IMG/VR virus record: IMGVR_UViG_3300036376_000008
Location: 1 to 52,223 of that record
Strand: one strand, 5' to 3'
DNA: 52,223 nt
Origin: a virus
Taxonomy: Duplodnaviria > Caudoviricetes
Both the position numbers and the translations under genes were made by a program. Below are positions 26,791-35,884 of the stretch, piece by piece. The notes under the pieces were generated by a model that searched no databases, was not told where the DNA came from, and worked only from the letters and a program-made list of their open reading frames with translations. Every line of letters begins with the position of its first letter. Positions within the stretch are counted from its first letter, which is position 1.

Positions 26791-28383
26791 ATGGACAAGC
26801 TAAATTCCCCCGGCGCCGGGCGCGTTGTCGTCACGGACGGCAAGGGGCATGAGATCCAGCGCGGAGCCTACGGCGACACGCAGCATGCGGCGGCATCGTA
26901 CGACGTCGAGCTGCGCGGGTGGTCACCCGCGCCCGGCTCCGCAGACGCGGACAACAACTACGAGCTCTACGACATCATCCCGCGGGCCAGGGACAGGCAC
27001 CGCAATGACGGCCTCGCCCGCGGCGCGGTCACGACGCCTGTCACGGCGGTCGTGGGCGCCGGCCTGCGCTGCATCCCGACACCCGACTACCGGGCGCTCG
27101 GGAAGGACAAGAAGTGGGCCGACGAGTGGGCGGCAACCGTCCAGTCGAAAATCGAATCGGTCTTCAACTCGACCGACATCGACGCATCGCGCCATGACGA
27201 TATGGGCGGCCTGACCGCGCTCGCGATGACGCAGATGATGAACAATGGCGGCGTCATCGCGCTGCCTGTGTGGATCGAGGACGGCTACACGCCGTACGCG
27301 ACATCCATCCACATGATCGAGATCGACCGCCTGTCGAACCCAATGGGCTATCCGGACACGGCCGATCGCCGCGGCGGCATCGAGATCGATGAATACGGCG
27401 CGCCGCAGGCCTACTGGATCCGCAAGGCGCATCCGGGCGACCAGTACCTCTACGGATTCTCGGCTTGGAACTGGGAGAGGATCCCGGCTTTCACGACCTG
27501 GGGTCGGCGCCGGGTCATTCACTTCTACAAGAAGGAGCGCGTCGGACAGAACCGTGGCGTTCCCTTCATCTCGCCTGTCATGGGCGAGTTCAAGGTCATG
27601 AACGACGCGACGCAGTCCGAGCTCAACGCCGCCGCCGCGAACGCAATCATCACCTATTTCGTCGAGAGCCAGACTGACGTCGAAGGCCTCAAGACGATGT
27701 TCGGCTCCTATGAAAACTACCTGACCGCAAGGTCGAAATTCCAGGGCAAGCTGAAGAACAAGGCGATCATGCCGCTCTTCCCGGGCGACAAGATCCAACC
27801 TGGATTCACCAACCGGCCGAACCAGAATTTCGGAGCCTTCTTCGACGTCATCGCGAAGAACATCTCCGCAGGAACCGGCGTCCCGGTCGAGATGATCCGC
27901 AAGGATTTCTCGCGGATGAACTACTCGTCAGCCAGGGCGATGATCCTGGAGGCCTGGCGCGACTACCAGCTGATGCGGGCGCAGCTCAAGAAGGGCTGGA
28001 TGCAGCCGGTCTACGAGCTCGTCTTCGAGGAGCTGGTCGACAAGGGCGAGATCCCGGACTGCTCGCTCGAAGACTATGACCGCAACCGCTACGCCTGGAC
28101 CCGCATGCGGGTTGTCGGGCCCGGCATGGGCTGGGTCGACCCGGTGAAAGAAGCTGAGGCTGCCCACCTTCGCATGACGACCGGACTCTCCACGCTTGAG
28201 TCCGAGTGCGCCGAGCAAGGCAAGGACTGGCGCGAGGTTCTCGACCAGCTGAAGACCGAGCGGAGCTACTGCGCGGAGCTCGGCATCCCTCACCCGGCAG
28301 ACGTCAAGGCGCCGAAGCCATCTTCGCTGCCGGAGCAGGACGCTGATGGTGACGGCCCGAACAAGGAGAACAGCAATGTCTGA
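26791..28383 (+). CDS. Portal protein, lambda family
   Basis: 'RARD..RND', 'GIEIDEYGAPQAYW', 'GQNRGVP', 'NYSSARA', 'WVDPVKE'. Confidence 0.95.
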   Translation: MDKLNSPGAGRVVVTDGKGHEIQRGAYGDTQHAAASYDVELRGWSPAPGSADADNNYELYDIIPRARDRHRNDGLARGAVTTPVTAVVGAGLRCIPTPDYRALGKDKKWADEWAATVQSKIESVFNSTDIDASRHDDMGGLTALAMTQMMNNGGVIALPVWIEDGYTPYATSIHMIEIDRLSNPMGYPDTADRRGGIEIDEYGAPQAYWIRKAHPGDQYLYGFSAWNWERIPAFTTWGRRRVIHFYKKERVGQNRGVPFISPVMGEFKVMNDATQSELNAAAANAIITYFVESQTDVEGLKTMFGSYENYLTARSKFQGKLKNKAIMPLFPGDKIQPGFTNRPNQNFGAFFDVIAKNISAGTGVPVEMIRKDFSRMNYSSARAMILEAWRDYQLMRAQLKKGWMQPVYELVFEELVDKGEIPDCSLEDYDRNRYAWTRMRVVGPGMGWVDPVKEAEAAHLRMTTGLSTLESECAEQGKDWREVLDQLKTERSYCAELGIPHPADVKAPKPSSLPEQDADGDGPNKENSNV

Positions 28384-29896
28384 CAAGCCGGTTCCGCTGC
28401 GCGTCCTGGGCCGCCTGGCCGACGCTCACTGGGCGATCCGACGCGAGCAGCTGGAGGAGATGCTTTCCATCGCCTCGCGGTCGGACGTGCAATCCACGAT
28501 CGTGCAGGCGCTTGCGGCGCAGCCGACGCGTGCGCTTACAGACACGACCTCCATGGTGGTGCGCAACGGCGTCGCGGTGATTCCGTTCATCGGTCCCGCT
28601 TTCCGCTACGCGTCCTTCTTCACGGAGATCTGCGGCGCGACGTCCTACGAGCGCACCATGCTGGCGTTCCAGTCGGCGCTCGATGATCCGAAGGTGAAGT
28701 CGATACTGTTCGAGATCGACAGTCCGGGCGGCGAGGTCACCGGGTGTGGCGAACTGGCCCAGGCCATCTTCAATGCGCGCGGCAGCAAGCCAATCGTCGC
28801 CTATGTCGGCGGCGAGGCATGCTCGGCCGCGTATTGGGTTGCGTCAGCATGCGACCACATCGTTGCCGCGCCGACGGCCGTCCTCGGCTGCCTTGGCGTT
28901 GTCGGCGTCTACACCGACCGCACGGCTGCAGACGAGAAGGCGGGTGTGCGCCGCTACGAGATCGTCTCATCCCAGACGCCAAACAAGCGCCCAGACATGA
29001 CGACCAAGGCCGGCAGGGATCTTGTCCAGGCACAGATGGACAGCCTCGCCGATGTGTTTCTCGGTGACGTCGCGACCTATCGCGGCGTGTCGCCGGACCA
29101 GGTTGCCAAGCAGTTCGGAGAGGGCGGCGTTTTCATCGGCGCCGATGCTGTCGAGGCTGGCCTGGCCGACGAGCTCGGAAACCTTGAGGAGACGATTTCG
29201 GATCTGACGTCGAACCGAAAGTCCTTCTTGGAGGATACAAAAAGCGGCTCCAAGTCTCATGGAAACCTGAATTCAAGGGCCGCACCTGCGGCCGCGAGCA
29301 AGGATTCTATTATGGGTCAGAAGCTCCGTGCGAAGGTCGACGCCGTGAAGGCGTCAGGCGCCGCCGATGACGAAGACGAGGCCGCCATCGCGGCTGCCGT
29401 TGCCGCCGTGAATGGTGAGAAGGTTCCTGTCGCGAAGAAGGGTGAAGGCGAGAAGATGCCGGCGCCCGCCAAGACCGACGACAGCTCGGACGACGAGGAC
29501 GATTCCGCCAAGACCGACGAGATGGACGACGGCGACGGTCCCGACGACGAGAGCGATCCCAAGGACAAGGAAGAGGACAAGAAGCAGAAGGCGACCGCGC
29601 CTTCGGCTGGGTCCGATCCCAAGGCGCGCATCCGCGCCATCCTGGAGCACGACGAGGCCAAGGGCCGCGACGATCTCGCCAAGCACCTCGCTTTCGACAC
29701 CGATCTCGATGTCGACGCGTGCGCCAAGCTGATGGCGGTTTCGCCACGCGCCAATGCGGCTCCCGCCAAGCGCTCGCTGTCTGCGGACATGCGATCCGTT
29801 CCCAACCCACGCGTCGGCGCGGCTGCCGACAAGGGACAGGACATCGACGAGGGCGATGAGCTCCTCGCCGCGGCCAAGTCCCTCGGTATCGCCTGA
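28376..29896 (+). CDS. S49 prohead protease with C-terminal scaffold (gpC/Nu3-like)
   Basis: 'IDSPGGEV', 'ACSAAYWVAS', 'AVEAGLAD'; acidic C-terminal region. Confidence 0.93.
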   Translation: MSDKPVPLRVLGRLADAHWAIRREQLEEMLSIASRSDVQSTIVQALAAQPTRALTDTTSMVVRNGVAVIPFIGPAFRYASFFTEICGATSYERTMLAFQSALDDPKVKSILFEIDSPGGEVTGCGELAQAIFNARGSKPIVAYVGGEACSAAYWVASACDHIVAAPTAVLGCLGVVGVYTDRTAADEKAGVRRYEIVSSQTPNKRPDMTTKAGRDLVQAQMDSLADVFLGDVATYRGVSPDQVAKQFGEGGVFIGADAVEAGLADELGNLEETISDLTSNRKSFLEDTKSGSKSHGNLNSRAAPAAASKDSIMGQKLRAKVDAVKASGAADDEDEAAIAAAVAAVNGEKVPVAKKGEGEKMPAPAKTDDSSDDEDDSAKTDEMDDGDGPDDESDPKDKEEDKKQKATAPSAGSDPKARIRAILEHDEAKGRDDLAKHLAFDTDLDVDACAKLMAVSPRANAAPAKRSLSADMRSVPNPRVGAAADKGQDIDEGDELLAAAKSLGIA

Positions 29897-29908
29897 CAGG
29901 AGGCCTAG

Positions 29909-30289
29909 ATGTCTTACCCATTCGTTCCCGGTTCGGCCGTCCACGACGCCGATTTCAACGACCACCGCTTTGCTTCCCAGAAGCAGCCGATCGTGGTTCC
30001 CCGCACCATCGCCGCCGGCCAGAACCTGGCTGCTGGCTCGGTGCTCGGCATCGTGACCAGCACTCATGAGCTGAAGCTCTCGGCCACGGCTTCCGAGGAC
30101 GGATCCGAGGTCGCGAAGTTCGTGCTGACCGACGCGGTCGACACGACCTCCGGTGCTGTGACCGGCCTCGTCTACGCCGAGGCTCACCTGCTTTCGACCT
30201 TCCTGGTCTACGGCACGGGTCACTCGCTCCTCACCGTGCGGGACTCGCTGCGCGAGGCCGGCATCACCGTTTCCGTCCCGGCTTACTGA
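29909..30289 (+). CDS. Head decoration protein (gpD-like)
   Basis: 'GQNLAAGSVLG', 'DGSEVA'; lies before the capsid gene. Confidence 0.85.
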   Translation: MSYPFVPGSAVHDADFNDHRFASQKQPIVVPRTIAAGQNLAAGSVLGIVTSTHELKLSATASEDGSEVAKFVLTDAVDTTSGAVTGLVYAEAHLLSTFLVYGTGHSLLTVRDSLREAGITVSVPAY

Positions 30290-30331
30290 GCCGGGAACGT
30301 TCACCACCAGGCTCCGCAGGAGAGACACGAG

Positions 30332-31408
30332 ATGTCCGACGGGCTCTACACCACGCAGCGGGTCATGGGACTGGTCAAGTCTCTGCTGCGCACCAAGACC
30401 TTCTTCCTCGACAAGTTCTATCCGTCCGTCCAGACGGAGGAGAGCGAAGAGGTCCACATCGACATTGAGCTCGGCCACCGCAAGGCCGCGCCCTTCGTCG
30501 CGCCGCGCGCTCAGGCCAAGTCGATCCGACTGCTCGGCTTCAAGACGCGGACCTTCACGCCTCCGACGATCAAGCTGATCGCGGACCTCAACCCGAAGGC
30601 TGCTCTGGCCCGCATGGCCGGCGAGCGCATCGGGGGTGACAACACCGCCCAGAACCGCGCGGCTCTCGTCCTCGCCAAGGCTGCCAGCGATGTGAAGACC
30701 CTCATCGAGCGCAAGCAGGAGCAAATGGCGATCGAGAGCCTGACGACCGGCACCGTGACGGTCGAGGGCGAGGGCTACGAAGAGCCCATCACGATCGACT
30801 TCGGCCGCGACGAGCAGCTGACCGCCGCCCTGACTGGCGACGCCCGCTGGAACCAGTCCGGCGCCAAGCCGCTCGAGGACATCGAGACGATGGGCCTTCT
30901 GGTCCAGAAGATCGAGGGCGCCCGGATCACCGACGTGGTCATGGATATCGAGGCCTGGAAGGCTGCCCGCAAGGATCCGCAGCTGATCGAGATCCTGAAG
31001 CTGCGCCGGGCCGTCGGCAACAACACCGCTGACCTCGGTCCGCGCAATGTTGACCAGACTGGCGCCACGCTGGTCGCCGACGTCGGCGACTACAAGATCT
31101 GGGTCTACACCGACTTCAAGGACATCGTGTCGATCAATGAGGCCGGCGCTGTCTCGGTCACCCGCGGCGTCCCTGTCCTGGCGCCCGGCACGGTGATCGG
31201 CGTCGGCCCCGTCCTGGAAGGCATCCGTCTCTTCGGAGCCATCCAGGACCAGGAGGCGATCGAGACCGGCTTCTCCGCGGTCGAGCTGTTCATGAACAGC
31301 TGGATCGAGAAGAACCCCGGTCGCCGCCTGATCCAGGGTCAGTCGGCTCCGCTGCCTACCCCGAAGCGCCCCAACGCTTCGTACTGCCTGAACGTCTTCG
31401 GCGACTAA
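30332..31408 (+). CDS. Major capsid protein, lambda gpE family
   Basis: 'APFVAP', 'IDFGRD', 'QSAPLP'. Confidence 0.93.
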   Translation: MSDGLYTTQRVMGLVKSLLRTKTFFLDKFYPSVQTEESEEVHIDIELGHRKAAPFVAPRAQAKSIRLLGFKTRTFTPPTIKLIADLNPKAALARMAGERIGGDNTAQNRAALVLAKAASDVKTLIERKQEQMAIESLTTGTVTVEGEGYEEPITIDFGRDEQLTAALTGDARWNQSGAKPLEDIETMGLLVQKIEGARITDVVMDIEAWKAARKDPQLIEILKLRRAVGNNTADLGPRNVDQTGATLVADVGDYKIWVYTDFKDIVSINEAGAVSVTRGVPVLAPGTVIGVGPVLEGIRLFGAIQDQEAIETGFSAVELFMNSWIEKNPGRRLIQGQSAPLPTPKRPNASYCLNVFGD

Positions 31409-31413
31409 TCGCC

Positions 31414-31635
31414 ATGCCTGCGCTCTGCAAGGCGTTGATGTCACTCAAGACCGGGGACGGCTGGATCGCCCCCGGTTCCGAGCTTCTGCTCGACACCGAC
31501 GAGGCCCGCCGCCTTCAGGCAGCGAAGGTCGTCGTGATTGTCGAGGAAGACGAGCCTGCTCCTGCTCCCGCGCCGGCCGTCGAGGGCGCCGCGAAGCCCA
31601 CCCGGAAGAAGGGCGGCTCTTCGGCCGCTGCCTGA
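31414..31635 (+). CDS. Small post-capsid protein
   Basis: 73 aa with a Pro/Ala/Lys tail; typical position. Confidence 0.6.
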   Translation: MPALCKALMSLKTGDGWIAPGSELLLDTDEARRLQAAKVVVIVEEDEPAPAPAPAVEGAAKPTRKKGGSSAAA

Positions 31636-31644
31636 GGTCGAACG

Positions 31645-31998
31645 ATGAGCCGCGCCGGTTTCTTTCCCCCGCATTCCAATGCGCTTGGCGACCAGACGGC
31701 GCTCCCGCTTGCCTGGCTGCATTTCCCGATGGTTCTCGTCGGGTCCGCGACCGCTGGCTCCCCCCTCGTCACCGATCCGCTGCCTGAGGGCGCGTACTGC
31801 ATCTGGGTTGACGGAGCCGCGTGGGTGAATGCCGGCGATGACGGTGCGCCATCCGTCAATCCCGATGACACCTCTACTGGCGCTCCCAAGGCTCACGCCG
31901 GCGGCGACTGGATCGTTGCCGTCGAGGACCAGCACCGCATCGCCGTTGCGCCCAAGGGTGGCGCGTCCGTCAACGTCCGCATTTACAGGGTGAACTGA
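31645..31998 (+). CDS. Hypothetical virion protein
   Basis: In the structural operon. Confidence 0.6.
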   Translation: MSRAGFFPPHSNALGDQTALPLAWLHFPMVLVGSATAGSPLVTDPLPEGAYCIWVDGAAWVNAGDDGAPSVNPDDTSTGAPKAHAGGDWIVAVEDQHRIAVAPKGGASVNVRIYRVN

Positions 31999-32000
31999 TC

Positions 32001-33296
32001 ATGGGCGGCTACTCGACACCGACCGGCATTCCGACCTTCAGTGTTCTCCCCGACGCGTCGCAGCTTCCTGACGGCCTGACCCTCAAGACCAAGGATGGTC
32101 TCTGGATCATTGGCGAGGACCTGCAGGGAACGCCCGGCGCGCAAAACCGCATTGGCTCCGGCGCGCCCGCTGCCGAGCTCGGCAACGACGGCGACACGTA
32201 TCTGGACCTGACGACCGGTGTCCTTTGGTCGAAGGCCAATGCCGAGTGGACGGCCGGGCAGACGGTCATCGACGTGGGCGGCACGCCGATCAACGAGAGC
32301 GACATCATCTACCTCGATCATCCTCCGACCGCCGCTGATGGCGTTGACGGACAGACGTGCTTTGAGACCCCGACTTACAATTCAGTTCCGAAAACCGTTT
32401 ACGGACCCAAGGCCGGAGGCGTGTGGCCGCGTGGCCGCAGCCTGTCGAACCTGGCTGTCAACGACGTCGACCCACGCCCGAACGGCGTCCTGCGCCTGCG
32501 CCTGACAAACGGTAGGTCGAAGGACATCCAGGTTCAGGGCGTCGGCGGCAACACTGGCTTCACCGAGAACGTGCCCACCACTGGCATCATCAAGGGCCAG
32601 ATCTCGGTCACGAACGGAAACCCGATCGCAAGCCTCGGCCTGACCAACTCAGACAACACGGTTGTGATCGAGGTCTACAACGGACCGCTTTCCAACAATT
32701 CTGGAGCCGGCACATACACGATCACCGGGTTCACCGACCCGGTCAATTTCGTCACGCCGGACATCGTCTTCACCAACATTGGGAACGGACTTGGCCTGGC
32801 CATTTTGAACGCCGCAGGTGCGGGCGGTCAGACCAGCTGGGATGACAACGGAACGACGAAATACGGCTGCGCTGTGGTGGCCGGGTACTCGTTCCGCGTC
32901 CAGGCCGGAACCCTTGCAGACGCCATCGGAATCACCGGCGACCACGACGTGGTGACGGTGGCGACCGCCTTCGATGTCCACGGCAACAAGGTGAAGCTCG
33001 ACAACGTCGCCGGAAATGCTCCGTGGCCGGCGTCTCACTACGCATGGGCGCTCACCGTGAGCGACCTGCAGACCTACACGCAGCTTCTCGGTAATGCGCT
33101 CGGAGCCGTGCTCGGCAAAGCGGGATTCTCGGTGTACTCGCCCAACGGCGACGGCCCGAACCCCGGCCTGTTCTTCCTGAAGTTCGATGCCGCGACGAGC
33201 GAGTTCGTTCTCAAGAAGCTTCCCGATCTCCCCACCGGATCTGGCAAGGTTCAGCTCACCTACGACAAGGCGAGCGGCGATTTCTCCTGGGAGTGA
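32001..33296 (+). CDS. Fibre-like virion protein (possible head fibre)
   Basis: 'GSGAPAAELGNDGDTYLD' and 'VYGPKAGGVWP' fibre-type motifs; G/T/N-rich beta body. Confidence 0.6.
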   Translation: MGGYSTPTGIPTFSVLPDASQLPDGLTLKTKDGLWIIGEDLQGTPGAQNRIGSGAPAAELGNDGDTYLDLTTGVLWSKANAEWTAGQTVIDVGGTPINESDIIYLDHPPTAADGVDGQTCFETPTYNSVPKTVYGPKAGGVWPRGRSLSNLAVNDVDPRPNGVLRLRLTNGRSKDIQVQGVGGNTGFTENVPTTGIIKGQISVTNGNPIASLGLTNSDNTVVIEVYNGPLSNNSGAGTYTITGFTDPVNFVTPDIVFTNIGNGLGLAILNAAGAGGQTSWDDNGTTKYGCAVVAGYSFRVQAGTLADAIGITGDHDVVTVATAFDVHGNKVKLDNVAGNAPWPASHYAWALTVSDLQTYTQLLGNALGAVLGKAGFSVYSPNGDGPNPGLFFLKFDAATSEFVLKKLPDLPTGSGKVQLTYDKASGDFSWE

Positions 33297-33300
33297 TGGA

Positions 33301-33651
33301 GTGGTCGCGCCCATCTACGAAACAGGAACGGAGCTGTTCGACGACGTCCTGGGCACGGCCATCATGGACCCGGACAACGGCATGTCCGTTTCGGCAACCC
33401 TTGAGACTGCCGGGCAGCCGCCGCGCGACATCCTGGTCGTGTTCCGCGCGCCGTTCATCGCGATCTCGAATTTGGGCCAGGACGTCAATGACGTGCAACC
33501 GCAGGCTCTCGGCCTCAATTCCGATTTGCAGGATACAAGGCGCGGTGACGTCCTGACCGTCAACGGCCATCGCTGGCGCGTCATCACGCCAGAGCCGGCC
33601 GGCGCCGCGATGACGCGGCTTCGACTACAGGGACCGATCGGTGACGGCTAG
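33301..33651 (+). CDS. Head-tail joining protein (gpFII-like)
   Basis: 'RGDVLTVNGHRWRV'; position; GTG start inferred. Confidence 0.65.
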   Translation: MVAPIYETGTELFDDVLGTAIMDPDNGMSVSATLETAGQPPRDILVVFRAPFIAISNLGQDVNDVQPQALGLNSDLQDTRRGDVLTVNGHRWRVITPEPAGAAMTRLRLQGPIGDG

Positions 33652-34138
33652 CCGGACTACACTTCGCCACGATGTCGCGGACACGCTTGAAGGCGTGACG
33701 GCCGGCGGCATCGCTGCGCGTGTTGTTCGTCAGCGCGTCGTTCCGTCTGAGGTTCGCGACCTGCCGACCGTGTCCGTTTTCATCCCGGAGGAGGTCGACG
33801 TTCAACAGGCCGCTGGCGTGCGCGGGCGGCGCATCGAAATCTCGAAAACCCGCCTTGTCATCGCAGTCCTGCAGGCCCGCCCGGCGTCTGACGACGGAAC
33901 GCTAGAGGACGAGGTTGACGATGCCATCGCGCAGATCAGGAACCGCCTCGCTGACCGCATCGTGCCGTCGGCCGGGACGACTCCCTTTGTCGCGTCCGAC
34001 CTGCGCCTCAAGCGCGTCCAGACCTCAATGTCGACCGGCAGCGCAAATGCCGTCGTCGTGACGGTTCTCGATTACGAGGCCGTCCTGCACACCCGCGAAG
34101 GCACCATTGAAGCAACCCTGCCGCGCCGCGGCGCCTGA
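33641..34138 (+). CDS. Tail terminator-like protein
   Basis: 'LPTVSVF...E'; lies before the tube gene. Confidence 0.55.
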   Translation: MTASRTTLRHDVADTLEGVTAGGIAARVVRQRVVPSEVRDLPTVSVFIPEEVDVQQAAGVRGRRIEISKTRLVIAVLQARPASDDGTLEDEVDDAIAQIRNRLADRIVPSAGTTPFVASDLRLKRVQTSMSTGSANAVVVTVLDYEAVLHTREGTIEATLPRRGA

Positions 34139-34149
34139 GGAGACCCACC

Positions 34150-34905
34150 ATGACGATCGCCGCTTCGAACTACGGCATTCTCGACTCCAGCAGCTACTCG
34201 ATTCCGTTCGCCCAGGTGCTTGCCCGCGCCGTCGGCTCCGCGCCTGATGCACCCTGGTTCATGATCGGCGACGTCGACAGCTTCAAGCTCAAGATCGACA
34301 CGCAGAAGAAGGACCGCTGGACGAAGAACCAGCGCGTGCAGGTCAAGGCTCTGCAGGTCATCACGCAGCTTGAGGCGAGCGTGACCTTCAAGGCCATGCA
34401 GCAGACGAGCTTCATCCGTGCCGCCTCGCTGCTCGGCCAGGCCGTGCCCTTCACGCAGGACGCCGCTACTGCGGCATCCTTCGCGATCTCCAACCCGGTC
34501 GTGGGCAAGATCTACTACCTGCCCGGCTTCGACGTTTCGAACGTTGCTTGCGCGACTGACGGCGTCACCTTCGACGTGGTCGACCAGGCGCTCGGCGGCA
34601 TCCGGTTCACCGCGATCCCGGGCTCGACCTCGTCGGTGACCATCACCTTCGACAAGGCGGCCATCACCGGAACCGACAACCGCAACCGCATCCAGATCGG
34701 CACGCAGACCCGCGTCCGCTTGGAGCTGATGGTTCGTCAGGTGTCGGACATCGGCCCGAAGTCGGTCCTGCACATCCTCGATGCCCAGCTCGCCCCGAAC
34801 GGCGACCAGGACTACGTCGCTGACGACTTTGTCGGCGTGGAACTCCAGGGTCTTGCCGCGCTCACGAGCAACGGCATCGGCTACTGGCAGGAGCTGCCGG
34901 CCTGA
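34150..34905 (+). CDS. Major tail tube protein
   Basis: Strong RBS, 251 aa, beta-rich, position. Confidence 0.75.
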   Translation: MTIAASNYGILDSSSYSIPFAQVLARAVGSAPDAPWFMIGDVDSFKLKIDTQKKDRWTKNQRVQVKALQVITQLEASVTFKAMQQTSFIRAASLLGQAVPFTQDAATAASFAISNPVVGKIYYLPGFDVSNVACATDGVTFDVVDQALGGIRFTAIPGSTSSVTITFDKAAITGTDNRNRIQIGTQTRVRLELMVRQVSDIGPKSVLHILDAQLAPNGDQDYVADDFVGVELQGLAALTSNGIGYWQELPA

Positions 34906-34966
34906 TCTTGCCGGGTCGGAACTATCCGGCCCGCGCACACCCTGACACGCAACCCGGGAGCAACGA

Positions 34967-35512
34967 ATGTCGCAGCAGCAGCGCAGGGAGTTTCGGGCTC
35001 TCCGCAGGACCGTCCAAGCGGAGATCCGTGGTCAAGCGATCGAGTATTCCAAGCTCGGCGTCCTCGGCCTCACCGAGCACCTGTCGCGCAACGAGCACCT
35101 CGCGGGCCTCGTAGAGCGCCTGATCGAGGTGACGCAGAAGGCCAAGGGAAAGCCGGATGGCGCAGACGTCGCGAAGGCCTTCAAGGGCATCGTTGACGAC
35201 ATGTCCTCCGGCGACAAGACGAAGGTGGTCCTCGACCTGCTCGGCACGCTGCCGGCCGTGGTCAAGGACATCCTGGCCGACAGCTTCGTCGCCATTGACG
35301 ATGACGAGCGCGCTGGGTTCAGGGACCTTCTCGATGACCTCGGGCTGTCCGAACTCTTCGACCAGGTTGCAGCCTGGGTCAGCCTGAACCTGCCTGAGGC
35401 CTACAGCCCTTTCGTGAAGGCCAGCGCCGGCCTCCTGGTGCGCATCGATCACCTCGCGAGCTCGCTCGCGAACGTGTCCGAGGCGATCACGGCGCCGGCA
35501 GAGGCAGCGTAG
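34967..35512 (+). CDS. Tail assembly chaperone (gpG-like)
   Basis: Between tube and tape measure; contains an in-phase slippery heptamer. Confidence 0.75.
   Translation: MSQQQRREFRALRRTVQAEIRGQAIEYSKLGVLGLTEHLSRNEHLAGLVERLIEVTQKAKGKPDGADVAKAFKGIVDDMSSGDKTKVVLDLLGTLPAVVKDILADSFVAIDDDERAGFRDLLDDLGLSELFDQVAAWVSLNLPEAYSPFVKASAGLLVRIDHLASSLANVSEAITAPAEAA
35407..35413 (+). other. -1 ribosomal frameshift site C CCT TTC
   Basis: X XXY YYZ in phase with the 34967 frame; -1 frame is open from 35398 to 35883. Confidence 0.75.
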
Positions 35513-35562
35513 CTGCGGAGGTTCCCGAGTATCGCGGCTTTTGGGCTGCGGTCGACGACGCG

Positions 35563-35883
35563 ATGAGGAGGCTCCGGTTCGCCGGCTATCCACCTGATTA
35601 CGTCGGATCTCTGTGCCTCAACGACCTCTTCCACGAGGTCGCGGGCATCCAGGACCTTCGCTCGGTTCAGCTGCGCGAGATGCTCCATGTCTTCGTGTCG
35701 GCAGCGGCCGTCACGGCAGACGGCGGCAAGGCATTCAAGGAGATGGATGAGGCGCTGAGCCCGCGGAGCGCGGCTCCTGCCAATGCTCCGGATGAGGCGC
35801 CGAAACCGAGAACGCTCGACGACGCGGAGGCGATGAGAATTGCCGCCTCGTTCGCCAAGGCAAACCAGTTCTGGAGCAAGTGA
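35563..35883 (+). CDS. Tail chaperone extension (gpT-like), probably reached by frameshift
   Basis: -1 frame relative to 34967; stays open upstream of its ATG. Confidence 0.7.
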   Translation: MRRLRFAGYPPDYVGSLCLNDLFHEVAGIQDLRSVQLREMLHVFVSAAAVTADGGKAFKEMDEALSPRSAAPANAPDEAPKPRTLDDAEAMRIAASFAKANQFWSK

Positions 35884-35884
35884 C

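Noticed and set aside
24377-31444. Long antisense ORFs (621 aa, 696 aa and others) opposite terminase and capsid genes
   Set aside because: Shadow frames of high-GC3 coding genes; no motifs, and full overlap with well-supported genes
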